The notes: a model not told the origin generated them from the letters alone. DNA of 63,037 nt, filler included, from Chiloscyllium plagiosum (GCF_004010195.1; 4 parts of one record of this genome joined end to end with filler, not necessarily neighbours in it), one strand, 5' to 3'. Shown: positions 37,285 through 50,695, counted from the first letter of the whole stretch. Program-made: numbers and translations.

Positions 37285-39450
37285 ATTATTTCATGATGTA
37301 ACTTTATTAACAAGCAGCATTTTTTAAAGCTCCATCTTCACTTTCTGAAAGCAGGATTTTGTTTTAATTACATAAAGGTAGTAGAGTTTAGACAGGGTTC
37401 TCTTCAATCTAAAATAGGATAAGATGTATTGAGATACAATACCACAAAGGATAGGGGCACGTTTAGATTCTATACATTCTGACATGAACAGGATAGGGAC
37501 ATGTTGAGATTCTATACATTGTGACTGTCTAAGAAATGGGTAAGTATCCTATACATTGAACACTCCCTATCCACAATGGCAGCTAATAAAGTAGAGAAAA
37601 AAAACCAAATCCAAACCTGTCCACTTCAAAATAAATCCATGATATAAATTACTGTTGAAAACATTTCAATTCCACAGAAAAATAAACATTCAATTTATTT
37701 GTCAAATTCTTTTTCTTTCAGCCCACGAGTTATTCTATAGATAATGATACAGATTGATTGTTGCAGTGACTGTGTCCTTTAGGACCTTATAACATATGAA
37801 TCCATATGGAGTAGGTACTGCAACACCAGCATTCAGGATAATGAACTTCTCAACCTTAGGTTTTACTCAGTTTTTAAATTAGATCAGATTTAAATTTTAG
37901 AAGCAGCTTATCACAATGGATTTGCTTCAGAACAGATGTACAATTTCTGAACACTCTCACTTTGGAAGCTGAGTTAAGATTATACGAAGTATACTAGCAA
38001 GAGAAATATTTATATACAGTGACTTTAAACAATCTTTGTCGATAAATTCCGACTGAGACAGAAACTAACCAACTCTTACAAAAATAACTGAAGTTTTAAG
38101 GTAGATGCTTTCCTGAGGACGACTTTGTTGTTTGGGACACCGTTCCTGTCAAAACACATGCAATTTTGCTTGTACACGTATAACCCTTCCTTAACAATAT
38201 CACTTCAAAAATTTCTGATTTTTATTTAAGCCAACAGTCACCATTCAGTTGGAGGTTTTATTTGCAAATGGAAGCAGACCTCAGATGCGACCTAGGAGTG
38301 GGAAACAGCAACAAAATTGTCCTGTAATCGCTTGATAACTTAAATTTATTCAAAATATATTAAACTGCCTCCATGACCAACCTGTGTCAGTGCTCATTGA
38401 ACTGTTGTCAAAAACACTACAGTTACCTTCAGTGTGCAGGACGAGGGAAGGGGTAAAATGAAGCAGGGCAGTTTCCTAGTGCCAATCCTTTGAACCTTAT
38501 CAGAAAGTGCTCCAGTGTGGATAGAAGGCGACAATCAGTTCAGGCTCTGACACAATACACTGGTTGGATTATATAACTTCTAGACATGAAGAGAGTCACA
38601 AGTCCATGAGGGAATAGTAGGAAACTGCGGTCACTTGAATGCAATTTCTCCAGTACTGATTGGTGAGTGGAAGAAATAGGCAGTGGCAAAGTATATGGTC
38701 AGTTATTGTTCTTTTGAAAGGTCATCAGTTCTGTCACATCAATAACAGTTAAATTGCATAGAGAAGCTTTCTTATTCCTAGATATCAGATGGTTACAGAG
38801 CCAAAACAGATGAGAAAAACAAATAGGACATTGTTTTTTGTACAAAAAAGTGTGTACTAACAGATGGCTGGAAGATGAGTATAAATGAAAAACAATGAAC
38901 ATATTTTATGGGACTTGTTGCATGCTTGCAAAGGCACAGGTACTTGGTATATAGCACAGGTTATATGCAGTTTAAAACTACTGTTAACTTTGCTTCAACC
39001 AGAGGGAAGTCTCCTTACGTGCAAGCTCTGAATATTTTTCTCTTTCAGAACTTACATTTTGCACAGCAAACATTCGTGGCCTGTAAATAAAACTGCCAAT
39101 TTGTTGTCAATCTGTGCTGAATTATAGGATAAGCTTGATGCTGCAGGATCATGCCCATTAACTATAGGTTCCTCTAATTTAATTCCCGACTCTTATCCAA
39201 CCAACAAATCAGAGCTGCATTTGCCTTCTGGCTGCAACTGTGAAAACACTGTTCCAGCTAAAGTGTGACTAAGTCATGTTCCCCTTTAACCATCTCTTTA
39301 GCGGATTACGAATGTCTCTCTTGGAACAATCATTTTAAAAACACAGGGCATCTACAGCAGGAAAATGATTAAATCTGTTGTATTATTTGGTTCCAGCATT
39401 TACTAGTATAAGGGGTAGAGAGGAAACCCTTCCACAGTCACAAGGCTGTA
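37285..39450 (-). other. RAB11FIP5: Probable RAB11FIP5 3'UTR (~2.2 kb)
   Basis: Follows the stop codon; AT-rich; no recognisable transposon sequence, unlike the rest of the window. Confidence 0.7.
37303..37308 (-). terminator. Candidate distal polyadenylation signal (AATAAA) of RAB11FIP5
   Basis: AATAAA on the minus strand followed ~25 nt later by GT-rich TTGTGTGTC, near the edge of the repeat-free AT-rich tract. Confidence 0.6.
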
Positions 39451-39672
39451 TCATTTGTTAACTGCCTTGTTCTTCATCTTTTCACTCACTGCTTGGAGAA
39501 TGCTGGGCTTTTGCTCCATGACTTGCACTAACACTATATCAATGTATTCTTCTAAATCTCGCACATGTTCCTCCTTCTTCTTCATCTCCAACTCCTGCTG
39601 CAGAATTATTTTGATGAGTTCATCATGAGTCAGGTGGTAGTAACGAGCGACTGGGTCAGTGGGCTTGGATTC
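39451..39672 (-). CDS. RAB11FIP5: Rab11 family-interacting protein 5, last coding exon with the FIP-RBD (Rab11-binding domain)
   Basis: tgttgcag acceptor; 222 nt encoding ESKPTDPVARYYHLTHDELIKIILQQELEMKKKEEHVRDLEEYIDIVLVQVMEQKPSILQ...*; YYHLTHDELI and LEEYID motifs; adjacency to SFXN5 favours FIP5 over FIP1/FIP2. Confidence 0.9.
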   Translation of the reverse strand, partial: ESKPTDPVARYYHLTHDELIKIILQQELEMKKKEEHVRDLEEYIDIVLVQVMEQKPSILQAVSEKMKNKAVNK

Positions 39673-40159
39673 CTGCAACACAATTAACCCAGGTAAAAAA
39701 AAACACCAATTTGAAGAATTATCCAACAAGCAGCGTTATCCCTTCCTGGCTCAATGAATAAAAACAAGTCTTGACTACTACATGGAGCAGTTTCTACCCC
39801 TTCACTGCATGGACTGACTGATCTCAGTTTAAATGGAAGGATAGGCATTGCAAATTCTTTGCGTCTGAATTGCTATTCTTTTGTTGCTGGTGTTGGCTTG
39901 ATTCAGTTAATAGTACTTGCAAATAGTCTGTGAGCTATAAGCTTCACTCCATGGTTTGAAAGATTAGTGCAGTAAAGAGGCAGCAGTAATGTCTTTTGAC
40001 TCATATTAAACACTGGACAAGATTTGTTGGGGTTGATGGAACATTTTTGTATTTTCATATCATTCTTAAGGTAGTAAACTAATCAGTTGTCTAGTACAGA
40101 ATTGCGAAAAAAGTTCAGAATGGAGGAGAGAGATTTAAAATAATAGATAAAACAAATAA

Positions 40160-40604
40160 GGGCGGGGGGATCCAAGATGGCGGCGACCCAGCAAGACTGA
40201 GTCTATAGTGCTCCTCCCAAGACTTGGGTACAGTGGGTCACCCACCCCCTACCACGCTCACCAAATCATTTATAATAGTTGTGTAATTTAATTAGTTGTG
40301 TAATATTACATTTAAACAATTTAATCCTAAATTAAAATAACTAAAGGGAAGGGAGCCCGCAGCTCTCAGCAAGCAGGAACCCCTCCCCCACCCTCTCCAG
40401 CTGCAGCAGAGGAGTCCACAGCCGCCCCGGGGGACTTACCAACAGTAACAAGCCTTGCAGAAATGATTTCCAAGCTGGACTCGAAGATCGATGCCTTTAT
40501 TGCAGAATCCAAAAATCGTTGGGAGTCGCGCTCGGCCGCGCTGCAGAAGCACGACCGAGAGATTGAAGAAATTCAACGCCGAGTCGGAGGGGCGGAGCTA
40601 AAGG
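40160..40604 (+). mobile_element. 5' end of an L1-clade LINE (5'UTR plus ORF1 start), truncated by a gap
   Basis: A-rich flank, then G-run and CAAGATGGCGG (YY1) at 40173-40183; open frame 40337-40604 with coiled-coil-like LAEMISKLDSKIDAFIAESKNRWESRSAALQKHDREIEEIQRRV. Confidence 0.75.
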
Positions 40605-40704
40605 NNNNNNNNNNNNNNNNNNNNNNNNNNNNNNNNNNNNNNNNNNNNTTAATTAATTAANNNNNNNNNNNNNNNNNNNNNNNNNNNNNNNNNNNNNNNN
40701 NNNN

Positions 40705-41212
40705 CCGTCAGGCCCAGGGGACTTATCTATTTTCACACTTTGCAGAATTTCCAACACCTCTTCTCTACATACCTCCAAGTCATCCATTCTACTTAATTGT
40801 GACTCAGTATTTACATTGACAACAATGTCCTGTTCCTGGTTGAATACTGACGAAAAGTATTCATTCAGTGTCTCCCCAATCTCTTCAGCCTTCACACGCA
40901 ACTTCCCACTACTATCCTTGACTGGACCTATTCCTACCCTAGTCATTCTTTTATTCCTGACATACCTATAGAAAGCCTTAGGGTTTTCCCTAATCCTACC
41001 AACTAAGGACCTTTCATGTCCCCTCCTTGCTGCTCTTAGCTCTCTCTTCAGGTCCTTCCTGGCTACCTTATAACTCTCAATCGCCCCAATTGAACCTTCA
41101 CGCCTCATCTTTACATAGGCCGCCCTCTTCCATTTAACAAGGGATTCCAATTCCTTATTAAACCACGGCTCCCTCACACGACCCTTTCCTCCCTGCCTGA
41201 CGGGCACATACT
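40705..41212 (-). mobile_element. CR1 ORF2 internal fragment, little decayed
   Basis: Open frame ...REPWFNKEL...NPKAFYRYVRNKR...LNEYFSSVF...KSPGPD. Confidence 0.85.
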
Positions 41213-42294
41213 TAAGGCTCTGAATTCTCCACAGGTTCCCTTTCTAAACCTCTCCACCTTTAATGCTTATGTGCTATCCAAGGCAGTTAGCAGCAGTGAT
41301 TGTTGGTATTGGTTTGGACAGCATGGAAGCAGTTTGTATTCTTATACTGGACATGCAGAACAGGAACAAGCCCCTTAGGCCACCTGTTAATACATGTATT
41401 TATGTTCCAAACTGGCTGTCACCCACTCTTCCTTCCTTTCACTCCTCCCTCATATGTTAAAATTAATCTTAAATATATCAAAGCATTTGAGGGATCTGGA
41501 TATCACTAGCTAGAACAACATTTATTGCCCATTCCTAATTGCTCAATAAGGTGCTGCTGAATTGCCTTCTTGAATTGTTGCAATCTATTTAATCATCTTA
41601 AATACCGCTACTAGATTCCCTTTTCTTCTGCCTTTTGTATTGTTCTCATACAATCTTCCATGATAGGTAAGACAGTTTTTGCATCTTCTCCAGTCCTTCG
41701 CTGTTCCTTACTGTAGGTAAATCAGAACCATTTGCAGCTTAGTGCAGTTTCATCAAGGTTCAATACAAATATAATATCACTTCTCTGCTTTTCAGTTACA
41801 CCTATGAGAAGTGCACCTCAGTCCATTGCTGACTTAAACTTTTTAATATTCTTATTCCCTTGCGTCATAACTTGCAGTGATTTATGTCTCTGGACTACTG
41901 TTCGAAAGGTTAACACTGTGGATTTGTGAAATCTGAAATAAAATTACTAAACAAGCTTGGCAGCACTGGGATGGAGAAAATTTTCAAAACTATGGCCTTT
42001 CAGCAAAACTGAGGAAAATTCAAAATAGTTTTAAGGTGATGGAAAAGGTGGAAAGGTATGGGTGGGAATATAAGGGTGGGTCTGCAATAACTTGGAGGGT
42101 AGTACAGATTAAATAACTACAGGTTTCGCGGTACAAAGCCAAAGGGAGTCGTAATAGGATAAATAAACAAACAAAAGATTTGTCAAGAAGAGGGGTGAAT
42201 GGGATAACTGTCATCCAAATATAAATTAAAGGAATTAAAATAGAAGGAAGAGAAAAATATAAACTAGTGTTGAAAGAAAAAGCAGAACAGAGCA

Positions 42295-43965
42295 GTAGAT
42301 GTGATCTATATGGACTTCAGTAAGGCGCTTGACAAGGTTCCTCATGGGAAACTTAGCCAGGTAGATCTCATGGAATAAATGGAGAACTAGCTGTTTGGAT
42401 ACAGAACTGGCTCAGAAGTAGATGACAGAGGGTGGTGATGGAGGATTGCTTTTCAGCCTGGAGGCCTGGGATCAGTGAAGTGCCACAAGGATCAGTGCTG
42501 AGTCCACGATTTTTCATCATTTATATAAATGATTTGGATGCGAACATAGAAGATATAGTTAGTAAGTTTGCAGATGACACCAAAATTGGAGATGTAGTGG
42601 ACAGTGAAGAGCGTTACCTCACAGTACAATGGAATGTTGATCAGATGGGCCAATGGGCCGTGGAGTGGCAGATAGAGTTTAATTTAGATAAATGCAGTTT
42701 GGAAAGGCAAATTAGAGCAGGACTTATACACTTAATGGTAAGGTCCTGAGGAGTGTTGCTGAACAAAGAGACTTTAGAATGCAGGTTCATAGTTCCTTGA
42801 AAATAGATTTGCAGGTAGACAGGATAGTGAACAAGGCATTTGGTATGCTTTCCTTTATTGGTCAGAGCATTGCGTATGTCACAGAAGTCTCATAGAATCC
42901 TTACAGTGTGGAAACAGGCCCTTCGGCCCAACAAGTACACACCGACACTCCGAAGAGTAACCCACCCAGACTCATTCCTACTACCCTATATTTACCCATG
43001 ACTAAGGCACCTAACCTACACATTGAGGTTTGTGGGCGGCACGGTGGCACAGTGGTTAGCACTGCTGCCTCACAGCGCCTGAGACCCGGGTTCAATTCCC
43101 GCCTCAGGCGACTGACTGTGTGGAGTTTGCACGTTCTCCCCGTGTCTGCGTGGGTTTCCTCCGGGTGCTCCGGTTTCCTCCCAGAGTCCAAAAGGATGTG
43201 CAGGGTCAGGTGAATTGGCCATGCTAAATTGCCCGTAGTGTTAGGTAAGGGGTAAATGTAGGGGTATGGGTGGGTTTCGCTTCGGCGGGTCGGTGTGGAC
43301 TTGTTGGGCCTAAGGGCCTGTTTCCACACTGTAATGTAATCTAATCTAAAAAAACATCCCTGAACAATATGGGCAATTTGGGAGTTGTGAGATCATGTTG
43401 CAGCTGTACAGGACATTGGTTAGGCCACGTTGGAATATTGCATGCAGTTCTGGTCTCCTTCCTACCGCAAGGATGTTGTGAAAATTGAAAGGGTACAGAT
43501 AATATTTACAAGGATGTTGCCAGGCTTGGAGGATTTGAACTATAGGGAGAGGCTGAACAGGCTGGAGCTATTTTCCTTGGAGCATCAGAAGCTGAGGGGT
43601 GACTTTATTGAGGTTTCTAAAATCATGAAGGGCATGGATAGGATAAATAGACAAGGTCTTTTCCCTGGGGTGGGGAGAGTCCATAACTAGAGGGCTTAGG
43701 TTTAGGATCAGAGAGGAAAGATATAAAGGGGCAGCCTTTTTCACCGAGTGTAGTGCATGTATGGAATGAACTGCCAGAGGAAATGGTGGAGGCTGGTACA
43801 ATTACAGCATTTAAAAGGCATCTGGATGGGTATATGAATAGGAAAGGTTTAGAGGGGTATTGGCCAAGTGATGGCAAATGGGACGAGATTAGGTTAGGAT
43901 ATTTGGGTGTCATCGACAAGTTGGACTGAAGGGTCTTTTACATGCTGTACATCTCTATGACTCTA
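42295..43965 (+). mobile_element. CR1 3' fragment containing nested HE1 SINEs (minus copy ~42890-43380 interrupted by a plus copy 43033-43350)
   Basis: VPQGSVL and FADD remnants; full SINE with A and B boxes inside. Confidence 0.85.
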
Positions 43966-44189
43966 CATTACAGAAGGTTGCCCATCGTGTCTGTACTATC
44001 TCCAAAAGAGCTACCCAGCTAGTCCCACTCTACATCCCAATCTCCGTAGCCCTCTAACTTCGTCCCATTCTAATATATATCCAGCTCTACTTTGAAATCT
44101 CCAATGCAATCCACCTCTACCACTCTCCCAGGCAGGGCATTCCAAATCCTAACAACTCTGAGTAAACTCTAACATCTCACATCTAGCTC

Positions 44190-45470
44190 TCTTGAATTGA
44201 ATTGAATTTATTGTCACGTGTACCAAGACACAGTGAAAAGCTTTGTCTTGCGAGCAACACAGGCAGATCACAGAGTTAAGTAGCATAGATAAGTAAATAA
44301 TAGATAATCAGTGGTAAAAACAAAAACACAGGCACAGGCAAATGTTAAGGGTTTGAGTCCATTCAGTATTCTAACAACAGTAGGGTAGAAACTGTTTTGA
44401 AATTGGCTGGTGCATGTGTTCAGGCTCCCCGATGGTAGAGGTTATAGAAAAGCATTGCCAGAGTGGTATGGATCTTTTGAGAATGCTGGTGGCCTTTCCT
44501 TGACAGCGGTCTGGTAGATGAATTCTATAGATGGGAGGTTGGCCTTTGTGATTGTCTGGGCTGAGTTCACCCCTCTCTGTAACCATCTCCAATCCTGAAT
44601 GGTACAGTTGCCATTACCACGTAGTGATACGTTCAGACAGAATGGTCTCCATGGCACACCTATAAAAGTTGGCAAGAATATTCACTGTCATGCCAAATTT
44701 ACTCAGTTGGGCCTTTGTAACCAGTGCGTCCACGTGAAGAGTCCGAGAAAGCTTGTTGTGGATGACCACTCCCAGGAGCTTGATACTCTCCACTTGTTCC
44801 ACCTCTGTACTGTTAAAGTGTAGGAGGGCACAAGTAACATCCCACCGAAAGTCAATAATAAGTTCCTTGGTTTTGCTGACATTGAGAGCTAGGTTGTTCT
44901 CAGTGCACCATTCTTCCAGGTTTTCCACCTCCTGTCTGTAGCCTGTTTCATTGCCATCTGAGATTCAACCAACTACGGTCGTCGCCAAACTTAAAAATGG
45001 CATTTGTCTGGTACTTAGTGACGCAGTCATGGGTATACTGTGAGCACAGCAGAGGGCTGAGTATGCACCCTTGGGGGGTTCCAGTGTTGAGTGTTAGTGA
45101 GGATGAAATATTGTCCTCAATCTTCATTGATTATGGCCTGTGGTTCAGGAAACTGAGGATCCAGTTGCAGAGAGTGGAGCTTAGCCCGAGATCACTAAGT
45201 TTAGTAATCAGTCTCGAGGGGATAATAGTGTTGAAGGCTGAACTGTAGGATTCTTACATAGCTGTTCTTGGTGTCAAGATGTTTTAGGGAGGAGCCAATG
45301 GCAAGTGATATGGCATCTGACGTGGATTGGTTGGTCCAATCGGCAAATTGCAGTGGGTCAAGAATAGTGGGGAGGCTGGAGTTGATTAATACCATGACCA
45401 GCTTTTCAAAGCATTTCATGACTACCGATCTTAGGGCCACTGGGCGGTAGTCATTGAGTCATGCTGCATG
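44190..45470 (-). mobile_element. Rex1/Babar-type LINE 3' fragment with (TTCAA)n tail
   Basis: ORFs [14 protein letters not shown]...LDPLQFA and ENLEEWCTENNLALNVSKTKELIIDFR. Confidence 0.8.
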
Positions 45471-48419
45471 ACTAACAAGTGCATAATCATAAGTTAAGAC
45501 ACTGTTCTTGAAGCTTGCAATGAGTTTCATAGAAACATATACAGAGGCTAAGAACAGAAAGGTTATAGTGGGACCAAGGTTGAGAACTAAAATGACAGCA
45601 ATTGGAAAAATCAGTGCAAGACAGTGGCAGAGGAACAGGGCTGTGTGTGGGCTCTTGTCTGGGGATCATTCATTCCCATATGCTTTCATCCTTTGTTTTA
45701 CTTTTGCTTCTGGTATTTTATTTTGCTTTATTTTCCTTTAGTCTTTTCTTCCTTTTTGTGCTGGGTTGGTTGGCAGCATTGGGGTGTGGCAGCGAGAGCA
45801 GGCCATGTGCGAAGTGGCGGATGTGATTTTTCCCAGGGATATGAGGCAGAGGGCAGCGAGGACGGTCTCCTGGCCATCGGATTCAGTGGCAGCAAGGAAG
45901 GTCTCCCAGCGATTGGAGGCCAGCTGCAGCAAGGATGGTCTCCCGGCAATTGGGACCTATGGCAACAGCAGCGAGGTTGTTCTCCCGATGTTCAGGACTG
46001 CCAGCAAAGCTCCTCCTCCAGTGATTGGGTACGGTGGTGTTCCAAACTCTTCGAGACAGCGACACCAACAAGGCAACACCTGTAGCCGAAGTGGGCTTCT
46101 TGGTCTGGCGATGGCCTGGCAGTGGAGCCAGAGACTCTTGGCTGTGGGTCAACTGTGGGTTCAGCAACATCAGCAAAGTGGGCCCAGAGGTGAAGAGATG
46201 GCACCAAACGTGGGGTGACCCCAAAGTTAGTGGGTCTGGCGCAGGCAGCAGTGAGGGGGTGGAGGTGTCTCTTGAGGCCAGGTGCCGGTATGGACTGAGA
46301 CAGAAAGGCTGATATTCTAAACTTTTTGCTTCATTATTTTTCTTATTTATTCCTATGACTTATAATGCTGGACTAGGTCTTCCAGGTCTTCCACCTCCCA
46401 TCTGTAGTCTGTTTCGTCACCATCTGAGATTCAACCGACTATGGTGGTATTATCAGCGAACTTGTAAATGGCATTAGTCTGGTATTTGGTGACACAGTTA
46501 TGGGTATACAGCGACTTTTCTAATTTTTTTTTTATTCCTAAGTATCCTAGGTACCTTTGTACCCAAGATGGCATTGGAAAGCTGCAACTCTTCACTGTGC
46601 ATGGGACACTAACACAAGTCATTCATTCATTTGGAAAGTCTGGCCCATGCTTACAGATTTCATAGGACATACCATACGGATGGAGGACAGAAGGCCATTG
46701 GACTCAACCAGCTCATGGAGTTTCTCATCCTTTTTTGTCTTAAACCTGTGTTCCCTTAGCCCCAGCTGCTTGTAATCAGGTTTTCCCTCAAATGTATCTA
46801 TACTGTTCACCTTAACTACTCTCTGTCTTAGTGAGGTCCACATTCTCAATACTTTTTAGGTATTTAAGGTATGGGGATATTGATGGACCCTATTCCTCAA
46901 CTGAGTTGTTTAATTGTCCACCACCATTTACGACTGGACGTGGCAGGACTACAGAGCTTAGATCTGATCCATAGTTTGTAGGATCACTTAGCTCTATCAG
47001 TTGCTGCTTATGCTGTTTGGCACACAAATAATCCTGTGCTGTAGCTTCACCAGATTGCCACCTCATCTTTTAAGTATGCATGGTACTGCTTCTGGCATGC
47101 CCTCCTGCACTCTCCATTAAACCAAGGTTGATCCTCGGCTTAATGGTAATGAGTGGGGGATATGCCAGGCCATGAGGTTACAGACTGTGCTGTAGTACAA
47201 TTCTGCTGCTGTTGTTGGCCCACAGCACCTCATGAATATGCACAAGGACTATGCAGTGGTCAGGCTTACTGATAGCTTTTTTTTTAAATACATTCATGGG
47301 ATCTGGGCATTGCTGGCTAGGCTAGCATTTATTGCCTATTCCTAATTGCCCAGAAGGCAGTGAAGAGTCCATCACGTAGGCCAGACTAGGTAAGGGTGGC
47401 AGTTTCCTTCCCTCAGGACATTAGTGAACCAGATGGGTTTTTCTGACAATTGACACCAGTTTCATGGTCTTCATTAGATTTTCAATTCCTGATTGTTAAT
47501 TAAATCAAAATTCCGCTATCTGCCTTGGTGGGATTCGAACCTGGGTCCCCAGAACATTAGCGGAGTCTCTCGATTAATAGTGCAGCCATATAATCACTAG
47601 ACCATTGCTTCCTCATGACACCTCCATCTCGAAAGACAAAAGAAGCAGATAAATGGGAATATCACCATCTGCAAGTTCCCCTCCACGACACACATCATCC
47701 TGTTTTGGAAAGATGTTACTGTTCCCAGGGTCATGATGGACTAGCATCTCTTATTCTTCTAAAATCCCAAGGTTTTTTTTCCCAGGGTCAAAATGCTGGA
47801 ATTCCCTCCCTTAGAGCATTGGCAATGTACTGACAGCACATGGAGTGTAGCGGTTCAAGAAACTCACCCCCATATTCTCAAGGGCAACTAGGGATGGGCA
47901 ATAAATGCTGGCCCAGTCAGCACCGCCTATGATTGGTAGCACGGAAACATGGCTATTTACAAGGATGTTGCCAGGGTCGGAAGGTTTGAACTATAGGAAG
48001 AGGTTGAATAGGCTGGGGCTGTTTTCCCTGGAGCTTCGGAGGCTAAGGGGAAACCTTACAAAGGTTTATAAAATCAGGTGATAGTGGAGGGCTCAATCCT
48101 AACACAGAATTTATAGCAAAAATTTACAGTGTGATGTAACTGAAATTATGCATTGAAAAATTGATTGTCTATTAAGCCTTTCATCTGTTAGAATACAGTG
48201 ATAGTTTCACTTCTTTCATGTGCAAATCACAAAACCTTTTTTTAAAAGTTGCATTCTCGGGTTAGCTGTTAACAGTATTGTTATTTTGTGTAAGTTTGTC
48301 TACTTTTTCTGCAAAGCAGAATAGCAGAGCAAAATGGCCACACAATGCTTAGAGAAATGATGATTGATGCCCACAACAGACTCGAAATACAACCGGGAAA
48401 TTTTGCACCAAAAATCTTT

Positions 48420-50695
48420 ACTCAGTAATGCAACAGACTGTGAATGGACAGACACTGACCATTGACATTAGACAGCGATAAACACAGAAAATGAAACAAC
48501 TCGACCTGCAGAAAACATGAGACAAACTTATCTGACCGATCCTTAACAGACATTGAAAAAGCCATCTTAGTGAGAGGATTAAATTACAACTTCCAGGATG
48601 CAAACAAGAAAGATTTCTTAGCAGCATTAGAAACAACACGAAAAGAACCAACTCCCTGCAGACCAAGGACACTTGGCAGTCATTTTAAATCAAAGAGACT
48701 ATGTTGAGAAAGCAAACACACTACTTGCAGATACCAAAACTTACCAACAAGTGTCAATAGACTCGACCCCACAACGAGAGAACTGAATCACAGCCCTACA
48801 CAAAAAAAACTTCAGAAATCTGGAGAAATAAATAAGACCAACTTCCAAAAAATGAAATCGGATGGATCCAAAACACCACGCTTCTATGGATTACCCAAAA
48901 TTCACAAACCAGGAGCCCCCCTCAGACCCATTATCTTGCTACCTTGAACACCAACTTACAAATTGGCCAAGGATCTACACCAAAGACTAAAACACTTAGT
49001 AGAAGACTCAAGCCACTCGATCCACTCCACCCAAGAATTCATGTAGACCAAAGACACCAAGATAGAAGGGGATGAAAAAATGGTCTCCTTTGACGTAACT
49101 GCCCTGTTCACATCCATCAACATTAACCTGGCCAAGGAAACACTGACTACACTATTAGAAGAACCAAAGACACATACACCAAACATCACCAACTTCATCA
49201 GCAAGTGGACGTATGCCTGACCACGCAATTCACCTTCAACAAGAAAACCAACAAACCAACGGAACACCCATGTGATCTCCAATATCAGGGTTCTTACAGT
49301 AATGCAAGACTCAAACAAACAGCTCTGCCAACCATCCAACCCAAACTTTGGGTCCGCTACATGGATGACACCTTTGTCATCACGAAACAAATTAGAGTAA
49401 ACCTTCAAGACCATCAATAATACCCTTACTGGCATAAAATTCACTGAAGAGGAGGAAAACAACAACAAACTGCCATTCCTAGATTTCACAGTAGAGTGAA
49501 CAGCCAATGGGGAATTTCAAACCAGCGTCTACAGGAAAACAACACAGACGGACTAAATATTGAACTACAGAAGCAATCATCCCAACATCCACAAACAAAG
49601 CTGCATTAGAACGTTATTTCAACGAGCCACCACATGCTGCAGCACAGAGGAACTACTAAGAGCAGAGGAAAATCACCCACACCGTGTATTCAAAAAGAAC
49701 GCGTACCCAATGAACACAGTCCTTCGATTTCTCAGCAACAAACCCAAAAAGCAGACAAAACACAACCAGAAACCCAGCCACTCTCCCCTACTTCAAAGAC
49801 ATCTCGCAGATGACTGCCAGACTACTCAGACCCCTTGGCATCCTGGGTAGCCCACAAACCCACCAACACATTAAAACAGCAGCTAATGAACTTGAAAGAC
49901 CCTATACAGAGAACAAGCAAGACTGTGGGCGGCACGGTGGCACAGTGGTTAGCACTGCTGCCTCACAGCGCCAGAGACCCGGGTTCAATTCCCGCCTCAG
50001 GCGACTGACTGTGTGGAGTTTGCACATTCTCCCCGTGTGTGTGGGTTTCCTCCGGGTGCTCCGGTTTCCTCCCACCGTCCAAAAATGTGCAGGTTAGGTG
50101 AATTGGCCATGTTAGATGATAGGGTAAATGTAGGGGAATGGGTCTGGGTGGGTTGCGCTTCAGACTTGTTGGGCCAAAGGGCAAGTTTCCACACTAAGTA
50201 ATCTAATCTGTAATGTCATTTACAAAATACCTTGCAAATTTTGTTACAAACACTATATTGGACAAACAGAAAACTAGCCACCAGGATATATGAACATCAA
50301 CCATTCACAAAAGACATGACCCACTCTCACTAGTATCTCACTAGACACCATTTCGACTGGGACAACACATCCATCTTAGGACAGCCAAACAGAGACACGC
50401 ATGAGAATTCCTAGTAGCATGGCATTCCAACTGGAACTCTATCAACAAACTTGGATCCCATTTACCACCCCTTGAGAAAAAGAACAGGAAATGACATCAC
50501 CACCGGGAATGATGTCAACACAGGAAATGACATCACCCACCCAAAGTAACCCAAACACCAATGGCTACACCACCACTGCTTCATCTGGAGGCTCACTGAA
50601 GATGTTACCTAGTATGGTGACAAAACGTCTGAAAACAAACCTTCCAGCTCAGTGAGCGAACCTCAACCTGAGCTACACATCTCCTCAAAACTTGT
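48420..50695 (+). mobile_element. Penelope-like element (RT + GIY-YIG, frameshifted) with HE1 insert 49927-50208 and terminal hammerhead motif 50593-50632
   Basis: FYGLPKIHK, SFDVTALF and WVRYMDDTFV motifs; NYRSNHPNIHKQSCIRTLFQRA. Confidence 0.85.

Noticed and set aside
39451..39672. RAB11FIP1 or RAB11FIP2 identity
   Set aside because: The YYHLTHDELI motif and the position directly upstream of SFXN5 fit RAB11FIP5 better; a phylogeny would confirm
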